Assembly (NCBI GenBank): GCA_017965665.1
Contig: JAGCPN010000002.1
Span: 3,479 to 67,478 of the forward strand
Origin: Aeriscardovia sp.
Lineage (GTDB): Bacteria; Actinomycetota; Actinomycetes; Actinomycetales; Bifidobacteriaceae
Length of the DNA: 64,000 bases
Reading direction: 5' to 3'
The position numbers and the translations under genes were made by a program. The notes under the pieces were generated by a model. The model did not search any database and was not told the origin of the DNA. It worked only from the letters and a program-made list of their open reading frames with translations. How positions within the stretch are numbered: position 1 is the first letter of the stretch; each line of letters starts with the position of its first letter. Below, piece by piece: positions 17,929 to 26,532 of the stretch.

Positions 17929-18664
17929 ACCTCTCCTTTTCCCTTCTCAGGCTGCTTAAGTAGCTTTCTTTTGTAACCGTCCACTCGGAAGAAAGCCTGG
18001 GAGAATCGAACCTAACTCCTCTTTGCCGGCTGGGCAGCAGGCAGAAGGCTATGTCGACTGACTGGCCCAAGAGCAGGACGAGCGCGCCTGCCCGCATCAC
18101 TTTAACTTCCCACCTTATCGAAGAAGACACCGCCTCCTTGGCCTGGGAGGGTGAAAGTGCGGGCGCCCCGGCCCCCAGGCGCACGTACAGGGCGCCTGAG
18201 GCCTGAGCCTTTGAAATCTGTCTCAGCTCGAGCGAGAGCTTGGTGGCATCCGCCAGGGCGGATCCCGCAACGAGGATTGCCGCCAGACAGATTATGGATC
18301 CTATCAGCATCCAGAGGGCGGAAAGCCCCGCGTCGTGATAGCGGCGGGCGGTGAGGGAGAGAAAGGGCACAAGGCAGGTGAGCATGCCCGCCAGGGCGGC
18401 TATAAGCAAGATGAACCCGACGACGGAGGGATCGAAAACGAAGAGTGCGTAGACGCACCAGCACACCACTATGTAGGCGGCGCCCCACATGCTCGCGTAC
18501 CAGTATTCGCTCCTCGACGCCCTCCCCGAAAACTGTCCGTACTTGAAAAAGAAGCGGGCGCACGCGTCGAGGGGGCTGGCTCCGTACAGGGGCTGGGTCA
18601 GGCGGAGGCGGTAGAGCCTCCGCTTCTCTTTGATTTCCGGAGGAACGTCATCCTCTTCCCTCAT
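17903..18664 (-). CDS. DUF805 family membrane protein with C-terminal extension
   Basis: GRASRSEYW ... ARRYHDAGLSALW is the DUF805 pattern. The start is moved to the ATG at 18664, which forms an ATGA overlap with the stop of the upstream permease. The track's longer N-terminus lies inside the permease gene. Confidence 0.6.
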   Translation of the reverse strand: MREEDDVPPEIKEKRRLYRLRLTQPLYGASPLDACARFFFKYGQFSGRASRSEYWYASMWGAAYIVVCWCVYALFVFDPSVVGFILLIAALAGMLTCLVPFLSLTARRYHDAGLSALWMLIGSIICLAAILVAGSALADATKLSLELRQISKAQASGALYVRLGAGAPALSPSQAKEAVSSSIRWEVKVMRAGALVLLLGQSVDIAFCLLPSRQRGVRFDSPRLSSEWTVTKESYLSSLRREKERFSESCRQD

Positions 18665-19443
18665 CTCCCGCCTTTCGCAAACTTCAAAGAGGACCTCTTC
18701 GGCCTTGAGACCAGTCTTTCGCTCCCTGATACCAGGAGCCACAGGAGGGCCGTCATCGCAATTATTAAGATAGTAGCCGAAAAAATTAAAGGCGTTTGGA
18801 AAGACTCGAAGGCCGACTGGAGGACGATGCCGAGGCCGTTTCTGGCCCCGAGGTATTCGGCCGTGGCGGCGGTGGCGAAGACGTAGGCCGTGGCAATTTT
18901 CATCCCGCCGAAAATCTGCGGGGCCGCCAGGCGCAGCTTTACGTGAAAGAGGATCCACCAGCCCCCCGCCCCGCACGACTTTGCCACATCCACATATTCT
19001 TCCGGCACCTTTTCAAGGCCCCGGAAAGTCTGGACGGCTATGGGGAAGATGGAGAAGATCGCCACCATGACCCCCTTTCCTGCAGGAGAAAAGCCGAACC
19101 AGATTATGAAGAGGGGGGCGATGGTGATGAGGGGGAGCATCTGGGCCGTAACTATAAGGGGGTAGAGGGAGGCCTGGACCGTTTTGGAAGAATACAGCCC
19201 CGCGCCCAGCGCGAGGCCCAGGGGAATGGAGGCCAAAAAGCCCAAAAGACCCTCAAGGCCTGTTATCAAAGTGGCCGAAGAGAGGAGGGAGGGCCAGTAC
19301 TCGACCAGGCACACGGCCACCTGCCAGGGGGAGCTAAGGACCCTGGGGCTGATCTTTCCGGCGCTCACGCAGATCTGCCAAACGGCTGTAAGGATTGCAA
19401 AGGTCGCAACCCCTATCCAGATCCGGTACCCCTTCTTTTTCAT
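18661..19443 (-). CDS. ABC transporter permease (NitT/TauT-type, ThiX-like)
   Basis: 260 aa with six TM segments and a permease signature loop (DVAKSCGAGGWWILFHVKLRLAAP). Confidence 0.8.
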   Translation of the reverse strand: MKKKGYRIWIGVATFAILTAVWQICVSAGKISPRVLSSPWQVAVCLVEYWPSLLSSATLITGLEGLLGFLASIPLGLALGAGLYSSKTVQASLYPLIVTAQMLPLITIAPLFIIWFGFSPAGKGVMVAIFSIFPIAVQTFRGLEKVPEEYVDVAKSCGAGGWWILFHVKLRLAAPQIFGGMKIATAYVFATAATAEYLGARNGLGIVLQSAFESFQTPLIFSATILIIAMTALLWLLVSGSERLVSRPKRSSLKFAKGGR

Positions 19444-19449
19444 GCGCTT

Positions 19450-20556
19450 TTACGACTGCTTGGCGTTGACAAAGCGGTTGGTTCCGAGCACCTGGGCGTT
19501 CGGCTGGGCAGGAGAAGGGTCGGACTGGGTGTCATAGACGCCGTTTTTCCAGAGAAAGTCCAGGTAGCTCTGGGACTCGGAAAAGTTGATGTCCCCAAAG
19601 CCTCCCAAGGCCGAAGCCGGAAGGGCGGTGGCAGACTTGGTCTTTTCCCATGCCGCGGCTATGGACTTGGAGTTCCCCCAGTCGTTGTTGTCTATGATGT
19701 TTTCCATCGAGGCCTCGGCCAGCTTTATCGGAACCACTGTAGGCTTGGCTCCCTGCACGAGGAAGTGGGCCGCCTGGATGGGGTTGGCTACGGCGTATGC
19801 GTATCCTCTGGCCGTGGCGTTCACAAATTCCTGCACTTCCTTCTCATGCGACTGCTCCCACGAAGTGTTTACGGCATATCCCAGCTGGGTGGGGTTGCCG
19901 GGGACGCCCCAGTCTACCGACTTGAAACAGGTGAGCTTGGGGCCGCTTAACTGGCTCTCTACGCCTTCCCAGGTCGAGTAAAACCCTCCGAAGGTCCCCT
20001 TCCCGCTCTCCAGCGTCTGGAAGGTGGAAGTGCCTACGGTGACGGTGGAAAATTGTCCGGTTCCCCCGGCGTTCTTTATCATTTCCCTGAGCACCGCTTT
20101 TTGCTCGGCGGACCCGAATGTGACGAAGGTCTTGCCGCTGAAGTCCTTAGGGGTCTTTATCGACTTGTTGGAAGCCAGGGCGCACCAGATTGCCACGTCC
20201 TTTTGCGTGAGGTCGAATATCAGCTGCAGGTGCGCCCCCTTGGCGTCAAAGGCGGCCACATTGCTGAGGGTGGAAAATCCGATATTGGCCACTCCCGTCT
20301 CTACGGCCTGCTCGGCCCCTGCCGAAGAGACGGGCAGGATGTTTATGTTGATTCCTTCATCTTTGTAGTATCCGAGGGCTTTGGCGGCGTAAAGCCCTAC
20401 GTGGTTGGTATTGGGCGTCCAATCCAGCATCACGTTAATGGTGGGATCTTGGCTGGCCGCGGAAGAAGTCTGGGCCTGCCCGCAGGCTGCCAGGCCCAAA
20501 GCCAGGGCCAGCCCCGCCACGGCCGCAGCCGCGGCCTTTATGATTTTCGTCCTCAC
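19450..20556 (-). CDS. ABC substrate-binding lipoprotein, NMT1/THI5-like (ThiY/SsuA-type)
   Basis: 368 aa with a lipobox LGLAAC after a signal peptide. The N-terminal domain reads INVMLDWTPNTNHVGLYAAKALGYYKDEG, typical of the NMT1/THI5 fold. Confidence 0.8.
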   Translation of the reverse strand: MRTKIIKAAAAAVAGLALALGLAACGQAQTSSAASQDPTINVMLDWTPNTNHVGLYAAKALGYYKDEGININILPVSSAGAEQAVETGVANIGFSTLSNVAAFDAKGAHLQLIFDLTQKDVAIWCALASNKSIKTPKDFSGKTFVTFGSAEQKAVLREMIKNAGGTGQFSTVTVGTSTFQTLESGKGTFGGFYSTWEGVESQLSGPKLTCFKSVDWGVPGNPTQLGYAVNTSWEQSHEKEVQEFVNATARGYAYAVANPIQAAHFLVQGAKPTVVPIKLAEASMENIIDNNDWGNSKSIAAAWEKTKSATALPASALGGFGDINFSESQSYLDFLWKNGVYDTQSDPSPAQPNAQVLGTNRFVNAKQS

Positions 20557-20652
20557 TTTACCTCCAAGCTCTCTAGACAGGCTCCTGTTGATACTCCCCT
20601 TATATTAGATCCAGTCCTATCAATTAAAGGTAGCCGATTCTAAAATTGAGGT

Positions 20653-22173
20653 ATGAGTACTAAGAACGATAAAGACAAACCTTCAATTCCCGAGCATCCC
20701 AGGCTCAGGTTCTGCCCCTCTCCCACCGGCATCCCTCATGTCGGCATGATCCACACCGCCCTCTACAACTGGGCGGAGGCCCGCCACACCGGCGGAACTC
20801 TGATCTTCAGGATGGAAGACACAGACGACAGGCGCGACACCAAAGAGAGCCTCGACATGATCATCGAGGCCCTCGAGTGGATGGGGATAGATTGGGACGA
20901 AGGCATCGGAAAAGGCAACGACGACCTGTACTTCCAGTCCAGAAGGAAGGAAGTCTATCAGGGGGTGGCAAAGCAGCTCTTTGAGGCGGGCTTTGCCTAC
21001 GAATCTTTCTCTACGGCAGAGGAGATCGCCGAGAGAAATAAGGCGGCCGGGCGCCCCGAGACCTTCGGCTACGACGGGTTTGACAGGAACCTTACGGAAG
21101 AGCAGAAAGAGGCCTTCCGCAAGGAGGGAAGGAAGCCCGCCCTCAGGATTCGCGTCCCCGACGAAGACATAAGCTGGGACGACCTGGTGAGAGGGCCCAT
21201 CACCTACAAAGCGGGATCTTTCCCCGATTTTGTTATAGTGCGCCCCAATGGAGATCCGCTCTACACCCTCACCAATCCCGTAGATGACGCGATACTGGAT
21301 GTAAACATGGTGCTCAGGGGCGAGGACCTGCTCCCCTCCACTCCGCGCCAGATTGTGCTCTACGAATATCTAAAGAAGCTCGGGATCGCCAAGCAGACCC
21401 CGCTCTTTGGGCACCTGCCCTACGTCATGGGCGAGGGCAATAAGAAACTCTCCAAGAGGGATCCTCAAAGCAACCTGTTCCTCCTCAGGGATATGGGCTT
21501 TATAAGGGAAGGGCTTTTGAACTACCTGTCCCTTCTGGGCTGGTCCTATTCTGCAGATCAGGACGTATTCTCCATGGAAGAACTCGTAGCCAAATTCGAT
21601 GTGAGGGACGTCAAGGCCAATCCTGCCAGGTTCGACCTCAAGAAGGCCATTTCCATCAACGCCTCCCACATCCGCATGCTCGATCCTGAGGACTTCGTGA
21701 AGCGGTGCCTCCCCTATCTCTTCAAGGAAGGGATAGTTCCCGCGGATAAGTGGGACGAACTTAGTGCAGACGACAAGGCGCTCCTTCTCAGAATCGCCCC
21801 GTTGGTTCAGCCCAGGGTGAGGCTTCTTTCCGAGGCCGTGCCCATGATGCTGCCCTTGATCGACAAGGCGGGGGAGCTGGAATTTGAAGAGGGATCCCTC
21901 GAACCTCTTACCGAAGGGGACAAGGCCGTCCTTGACAGGGCCCTTAAAGAGCTCGAAAACGTACAGGATGAAGAGTGGAAGGCGGATACCCTCCACACCC
22001 TGCTCACCGACGCTCTCGTAAACGAGATGTCTTTGCCGGCCAAAAAGGCCTTCAATCCGGTGCGCCTGGCCATCAGCGGCAAGAAGGTTTCAGCTCCGCT
22101 TTTTGAATCTCTGGAGATAATTGGGAAACCCGTCGTAATTGAAAGAATTTCCTCCTTGCGTTCCAAAATCTGA
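20653..22173 (+). CDS. gltX: Glutamyl-tRNA synthetase
   Basis: 506 aa with RFCPSPTGIPHVGMIHTALYN (HIGH-class motif) and KLSKR (KMSKS). Confidence 0.95.
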   Translation: MSTKNDKDKPSIPEHPRLRFCPSPTGIPHVGMIHTALYNWAEARHTGGTLIFRMEDTDDRRDTKESLDMIIEALEWMGIDWDEGIGKGNDDLYFQSRRKEVYQGVAKQLFEAGFAYESFSTAEEIAERNKAAGRPETFGYDGFDRNLTEEQKEAFRKEGRKPALRIRVPDEDISWDDLVRGPITYKAGSFPDFVIVRPNGDPLYTLTNPVDDAILDVNMVLRGEDLLPSTPRQIVLYEYLKKLGIAKQTPLFGHLPYVMGEGNKKLSKRDPQSNLFLLRDMGFIREGLLNYLSLLGWSYSADQDVFSMEELVAKFDVRDVKANPARFDLKKAISINASHIRMLDPEDFVKRCLPYLFKEGIVPADKWDELSADDKALLLRIAPLVQPRVRLLSEAVPMMLPLIDKAGELEFEEGSLEPLTEGDKAVLDRALKELENVQDEEWKADTLHTLLTDALVNEMSLPAKKAFNPVRLAISGKKVSAPLFESLEIIGKPVVIERISSLRSKI

Positions 22174-22236
22174 TGTATTACACTTAGAGGCAGGTACAGA
22201 AATGTGCCGGCAATCTTACTGAAAAGTAAGAGGTTG

Positions 22237-22309
22237 GCCCCTATCGTCTAGCGGTCTAGGACATCGCCCTCTCACGGCGGTAACACCAGTTCAAATCTGG
22301 TTGGGGGTA
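22237..22309 (+). tRNA. tRNA-Glu (anticodon CTC)
   Basis: Hand-folded cloverleaf. Acceptor GCCCCTA/TGGGGGT, D stem GTCT/GGAC, anticodon stem TCGCC/GGCGG with loop CTCTCAC, T arm ACCAG-TTCAAAT-CTGGT. CCA is not encoded. Confidence 0.85.
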
Positions 22310-22361
22310 CTATCACCTATATTGTGAGACGGACAACTTGAAATATAAGTGATGCAACCAT

Positions 22362-22433
22362 TGGGGTATGGTGTAATTGGCAACACAGGTGATTCTGGTT
22401 CATCTATTCTTGGTTCGAGTCCAGGTACCCCAA
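22362..22433 (+). tRNA. tRNA-Gln (anticodon CTG)
   Basis: Acceptor TGGGGTA/TACCCCA, D stem GTGT/ACAC, anticodon stem GGTGA/TCATC with loop TTCTGGT, T arm CTTGG-TTCGAGT-CCAGG. Confidence 0.88.
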
Positions 22434-22446
22434 CTAGAAGGGTTTG

Positions 22447-22475
22447 TGCAGCTCCCTTAAAAAGCTGCATTTTTT
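22447..22475 (+). terminator. Intrinsic terminator after the gltX-tRNA cluster
   Basis: TGCAGCT (22447-22453) pairs with AGCTGCA (22463-22469) across a 9-nt loop, followed by TTTTTT. Confidence 0.7.
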
Positions 22476-22566
22476 GTATTTCCTCAGAGTCTTGTACAGC
22501 ATCTTTCCCGACAAAGTGCCTCTTTGCAAAATTCCTGATGTTTTTCTTTCCGGCTCCGTCTTTTTA

Positions 22567-22593
22567 CTTTCCCAGAAGTGCGGGAAAGTTTTT
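22567..22593 (+). terminator. Second hairpin plus T-run
   Basis: CTTTCCC pairs with GGGAAAG across an 8-nt loop, followed by TTTTTGAAGTTTTTTT. Confidence 0.5.
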
Positions 22594-22722
22594 GAAGTTT
22601 TTTTAAAGTCACTTAATTGTTATAAAGGGCTTTTTAAGTCTTTATATAAAGCAGCCTATCGGGGACGTGAAAAGAAATTTCCTATACTGATTTAAGATTG
22701 ATATCAAATTGGGGATTAGCCA

Positions 22723-24342
22723 ATGAGTGGTGAAATAAATAGAAGTATGAGTAAATACACTGCATTAGAAAAATATATATCTGATATTGACGTTAAAGGA
22801 TTGCAAAATACATGGAATGACATATGTAAATGTGTCTTAAATAACGGAACTGCAGGGGAGCTGCCGAATATAAAGAATTTTGGAGATATGTATGAAATAG
22901 GATTGGCCAGGCTCGATAAATCAAAGAAAAAAAACAATGGTCAGTACTATACCCCGGATGACGTGGCCCTAATAATGGGGGAATGGCTAAGCAGAAGCGA
23001 AGGCGAAAATATATGCGACGTAGCCTGCGGGACGGGCAAATTAATTCTTGCCTACCTTGATTATGTCGGCAAAGAAAAAGCCAGAAGTTTGCTGCAAGAA
23101 GGCAGGGTATACCTGTACGACTATGATGAAACGGCCCTAAAAATATGTAAAACATCTCTGCTGGCAAAATATGGGCTTGATTTGGCCGGCCAAATACATG
23201 CCATTCATTGTGATTTTTTAGATAAAGATGTTGTGCTGCCTGAAAATTGTAAAACTATCTCTAATCCGCCTTATGGCAAAATAGGGCAATTTGGCGACAA
23301 CTGGAATCTGACGGATGTGATCCGAATGGCACGCGAGTGGTATTCCTCGTTTATGGAAAAAATATGCGAGCAAAGCAAATCGGCCGTTATTATTACTCCC
23401 TTCAGTTTTATTGCCGGAGGGAAGTTTTATGCCCTGAGGAAGGAAATGTGCGCCCTGGGTGGAGGATTTGTCGTGGCATTCGACAACATTCCGGGAAATA
23501 TTTTCTGTGGAAGGAAACAGGGGATATTCAACACCAATATGTCTAACTCGGTCAGGGCAGCCATAACCGTCTTCCATAAATCAGATAAGCCGGACGGGTT
23601 TAAAATATCTCCGCTCATCAGGTTTAAAAACGGGGAGAGGAGGGATCTGCTGAAAACAGACGTATTGGAACTGGCGGTTAATGCAAAAAAACAGATTGTT
23701 AATGAAGAAAATAAGGCATTTAAGAAGATTGACGGCAGATTGCAGGACCTATACGATGCGTGGGTAGGCAGTTCTTCATATCTCCTCAAAGATTTGGTGG
23801 TCGAAAATAAAGGTAAATACCCAATTTACGTGCCAAATACATGCAGGTATAACACGGTCGCCGCATCTAAAAGGCTGGAGCGCAAGGGGCTGATTACTTT
23901 AAACGTTGACAATCCCTCTGTATTTTATTTTCTGTATTGCTTTCTAAATTCAAGTTTTCCCTATTGGTGGTGGAGGATATATGACGGCGGTATAACTTAT
24001 CCTGTCAACTTATTGAATAATTTGCCGGTTCCGTACAATCTTCTTGGAAATAAAGAAAAAGAGGAATTTAAAGAGATAGCAATTGAAATGGCGCAGGAGG
24101 AAGAAAAATATACTTCGATAAAAGTCAATGCCGGAACAGCGCAGGAAAATATTAAATTTCCGAAAAGCTACAGAGACTTAATAGACAATGCAATTTTAAA
24201 GCTCATAGAAAGCGAATCCTACAAGGATGAACTTGCATCCATTCACGACAACAGCTTTTTCAGGAGAAGCAGCGGGCAAAATACCGTTTTAATGTTGGAG
24301 AGCGGGAAAAATCCAACGGTCAATAGGCCGGACCTTGAATAG
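22723..24342 (+). CDS. Gamma-class N6-adenine DNA methyltransferase with C-terminal target-recognition domain (solitary)
   Basis: 539 aa with motif order X-I-II-III-IV: GQYYTPDDVA, DVACGTGKL (FxGxG-type AdoMet site), YLYDYDE, IHCDFLD, SNPPYGK (NPPY). The C-terminal half (FYFLYCFLNSSFPYWWWRIY...) resembles TaqI/Eco57I-type TRDs. No nuclease motif was recognised. Confidence 0.85.
   Translation: MSGEINRSMSKYTALEKYISDIDVKGLQNTWNDICKCVLNNGTAGELPNIKNFGDMYEIGLARLDKSKKKNNGQYYTPDDVALIMGEWLSRSEGENICDVACGTGKLILAYLDYVGKEKARSLLQEGRVYLYDYDETALKICKTSLLAKYGLDLAGQIHAIHCDFLDKDVVLPENCKTISNPPYGKIGQFGDNWNLTDVIRMAREWYSSFMEKICEQSKSAVIITPFSFIAGGKFYALRKEMCALGGGFVVAFDNIPGNIFCGRKQGIFNTNMSNSVRAAITVFHKSDKPDGFKISPLIRFKNGERRDLLKTDVLELAVNAKKQIVNEENKAFKKIDGRLQDLYDAWVGSSSYLLKDLVVENKGKYPIYVPNTCRYNTVAASKRLERKGLITLNVDNPSVFYFLYCFLNSSFPYWWWRIYDGGITYPVNLLNNLPVPYNLLGNKEKEEFKEIAIEMAQEEEKYTSIKVNAGTAQENIKFPKSYRDLIDNAILKLIESESYKDELASIHDNSFFRRSSGQNTVLMLESGKNPTVNRPDLE
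22927..22934. repeat. A8 homopolymer inside the gamma-class methyltransferase (in frame)
   Basis: The sequence reads tcaaagAAAAAAAAcaat and encodes SKKKNN at about codons 67-72. Confidence 0.9.
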
Positions 24343-24525
24343 CGACATAGAGCCATGAAAAGTATCCGTTCAGAAAATACTTTTGAAAGATAAGGCTTGG
24401 GAAGGAGTTGCGAAATGAGGACATAAAGTGCAGGAAAAACTTGGAAGCCTTTCGGGAATGCCCGGCATATCCATAATGAGGTGTGAGATCGCCGTATTCT
24501 GTGACAGGTCTTTCTGGCATATAAG

Positions 24526-25423
24526 CTAATACTTTTTTTGTAAGTAGTTATCAATTTTTTTTGCAATATTTGTATATATCATTTCTTCCTTAGTGGCAAA
24601 ATAACGCTCTAGCATTTTTAGTACCGTCTTCTGAGGAAACAATATTGGCAATATTTGTTCTCTTATATCGTCATTATCAAATAATTTTCTGTAGTATGAC
24701 GGGGATAAATCTTTTAACTCTTCAAAAACTTCATTACTCTTAATATCAAGATTAATTTCAGGCATATCTGGCAACGTCTTCTTCCAATTAGTGAGGTATT
24801 TTACAATTTCATCCCACATTTCATACGGAAAAGCCTCTATGCCGTTTATATTTTCGGAAAACATTTCGTCTCCATAGTAAAGTTTAGGCTCACAACCGTA
24901 TTCTTCTGCCATCTTGTTCATTTGAAGTGTGTAATAGCTGTTATTTTTCCTTAGCGAATCATCTATAAACCACATTATTGGTATTACGTTATTATCTTTA
25001 TATTTGCATGATACCTCGAAATATTTATCTTCAAAATTTAAAAATTGACCCTTCTTTTTAGTGCTGTCATGATCATCTCTTACCTTCTGTTCAATAAGAT
25101 AGACGGTATCATTTTTTTTAAACAATTGGTCGATGTCATATTCTTGCCCTCCTCTAGTTTCCCAAGCTGCTAATTTTTTTTGGTAACATCTCAAATCCAA
25201 GTGCTTTAAAATATTCTTCCGATATATCTTCTAATGCAGCGCCGAATTTGATCTCATGAGATTGGGTTATATTTTGTATCAACTTTGTTTTTGGTTTAGT
25301 TGGTCTGAATAGGCCAACATATCTATCCGGAGAAGTTACTATCTTTTTTATTAAATCTACTGAGCTGCCCTCAAATAATTTGGTGTTCAACATATTTATA
25401 AAAGTGCCATATTCTAATATCAT
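24526..25423 (-). pseudogene. Type II restriction endonuclease (PD-(D/E)XK), split by a frameshift in an A8 tract
   Basis: Two overlapping track ORFs (25154..25423, 89 aa; 24526..25200, 224 aa) sit in adjacent frames. Removing one A from the run at 25174-25181 fuses them into a 298-aa protein: ...EEYFKALGFEMLPKK|LAAWETRGGQEYDIDQLFKKNDTVYLIEQKVRDD... A D...ExK motif (DID...IEQK) lies just after the junction. The ATG overlaps the methyltransferase stop (ATGA). Confidence 0.7.
25174..25181. repeat. A8/T8 homopolymer at the endonuclease frame break
   Basis: The plus strand reads taaTTTTTTTTggtaac, which is ccAAAAAAAAtta on the coding strand. The two ORF frames switch exactly here. Confidence 0.9.
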
Positions 25424-26532
25424 TCTTGCCCTTCTCCTCTTTCCTTTTGATATTTATACCTTAGTGAATTTAAGGGCATTAATCCTTCCCCTTTATTTTC
25501 TACCCAGAAGTAGTCCCAACCATTATGGTTCATAAGGCCTAGCATTTTTGCAGACATCTTATGTATGGATAGTTCCTCTTTACCATCGCTCACATGCCCA
25601 CTTGCAGTAATCACCACCTCCTTGCTTTTATCTTTGCTGTAGAGTTTTTGTCCTGGCCGCAAGTATCCGAATTCGAGTAATCTTGACATTGAAACTTTCG
25701 GAGGCTTTACTTCCAACTTTAAGTTTGTAATATCATCAATCACAGGATTTATGCTTTCAATCCTTTTTTGTGCATACTTTATGTACTTTTCTTCCATTTC
25801 AAAGCCTATGAAATGCCTTCCCGTAGCTTTTGCCATCGCACCGGTTGTACCTGTACCAAAAAACGGATCCAAAATTACATCTCCGGGTTTTGTGGAAGAC
25901 ATTATGACTTTATACAGCAGCTTTTCCGGCTTTTGCGTCGAATGAACCTTGTTTCCATTTTCGTCCTTTAATCTTTCGTGTCCAATGCATATGCCGATAT
26001 TCCACACACTTTTTTCCTGTTTACCGTTATTTAGGTATTTCATAGTTTTATAGTTGAAGCTGTACTTTGCATCTTTGGTTTTTGCACACCATAGCAATGT
26101 CTCATGAGAATTCTGGAACCTTGTCCCACCGAAATTGGGAACTGCATTGGGCTTAGACCAAATGACATCATTTAAGATCCAAAATCCCATATTTTGCATA
26201 ATGTATCCCAATCTATAAATATTTTGAAAAGATCCTATAACCCATATGGAGGCATCCTTCTTCATGACCCTTCTGCATTCGGACAGCCATTCCGTTGTAA
26301 ATTTGTCATATTCTGCAAAATCACTGAATTTATCCCACCGATCCTCGACACCGGAAAATTTCGTTCCATCTGTTCTACGTAAAACACCGTCTGTTTGCAT
26401 AAAGTAAGGAGGGTCTGCAAAAACCATGTCCACGCTTTCGGATGGCATCTTTTTCATTTCATCTATACAATTACCCTTAAAAATTCTATCTATGTAAATA
26501 TTGACAATATCCTTCATATTATCGGTCTCCAT
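25420..26532 (-). CDS. Beta-class N6-adenine DNA methyltransferase, CcrM / M.HinfI family (GANTC-type by homology)
   Basis: Colinear resemblance, recalled not computed, to CcrM/M.HinfI: SVDMVFADPPY, KDASIWVIGSFQNIYRLGYIMQNMGFWILNDVIWSKPNAVPNFGGTRFQNSHETLLWC, HSTQKPEKLLYKVIMSSTKPGDVILDPFFGTGTTGAMA, plus the family-specific C-terminal domain of about 80 aa. The start is ambiguous: ATG at 26562, 26532 or 26517 (the last has GGAG upstream). Confidence 0.88.
   Translation of the reverse strand: METDNMKDIVNIYIDRIFKGNCIDEMKKMPSESVDMVFADPPYFMQTDGVLRRTDGTKFSGVEDRWDKFSDFAEYDKFTTEWLSECRRVMKKDASIWVIGSFQNIYRLGYIMQNMGFWILNDVIWSKPNAVPNFGGTRFQNSHETLLWCAKTKDAKYSFNYKTMKYLNNGKQEKSVWNIGICIGHERLKDENGNKVHSTQKPEKLLYKVIMSSTKPGDVILDPFFGTGTTGAMAKATGRHFIGFEMEEKYIKYAQKRIESINPVIDDITNLKLEVKPPKVSMSRLLEFGYLRPGQKLYSKDKSKEVVITASGHVSDGKEELSIHKMSAKMLGLMNHNGWDYFWVENKGEGLMPLNSLRYKYQKERGEGQE

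Noticed and set aside
17903-18976. N-terminally extended ORF calls in the track that run into the upstream gene (17903..18976, 12674.., 29297.., 33628.., ..36150, ..45554, 28452..).
   Set aside because: The extensions overlap well-supported neighbouring genes or read like non-coding translation. Internal starts give canonical N-termini, RBS motifs or ATGA/TGATG coupling, so the shorter models were used.
20557-20652. Possible TPP riboswitch upstream of the ThiY-like binding protein.
   Set aside because: The leader is only about 95 nt and is shared with the divergent gltX promoter. I could not find the conserved CTGAGA / ACCTGATCTGGATAATGCCAGCG-type elements.
22349-22695. Track ORFs of 85 aa (22349..22606) and 83 aa (22444..22695) at the left edge of the islet, and the 73-aa ORF at 22716..22937 (-).
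   Set aside because: They overlap tRNA-Gln and two terminator hairpins, or lie antisense to the methyltransferase. The translations are low-complexity Phe/Leu/Ser-rich and have no RBS.
24243-24566. Small ORFs (107 aa and 66 aa, minus strand) in the convergent gap between the gamma-class methyltransferase and the endonuclease. These were considered as a possible missing partner or controller gene.
   Set aside because: Both overlap the 3' ends of the flanking genes. They have no RBS and no recognisable HTH or nuclease motif, and their composition looks like out-of-frame translation.
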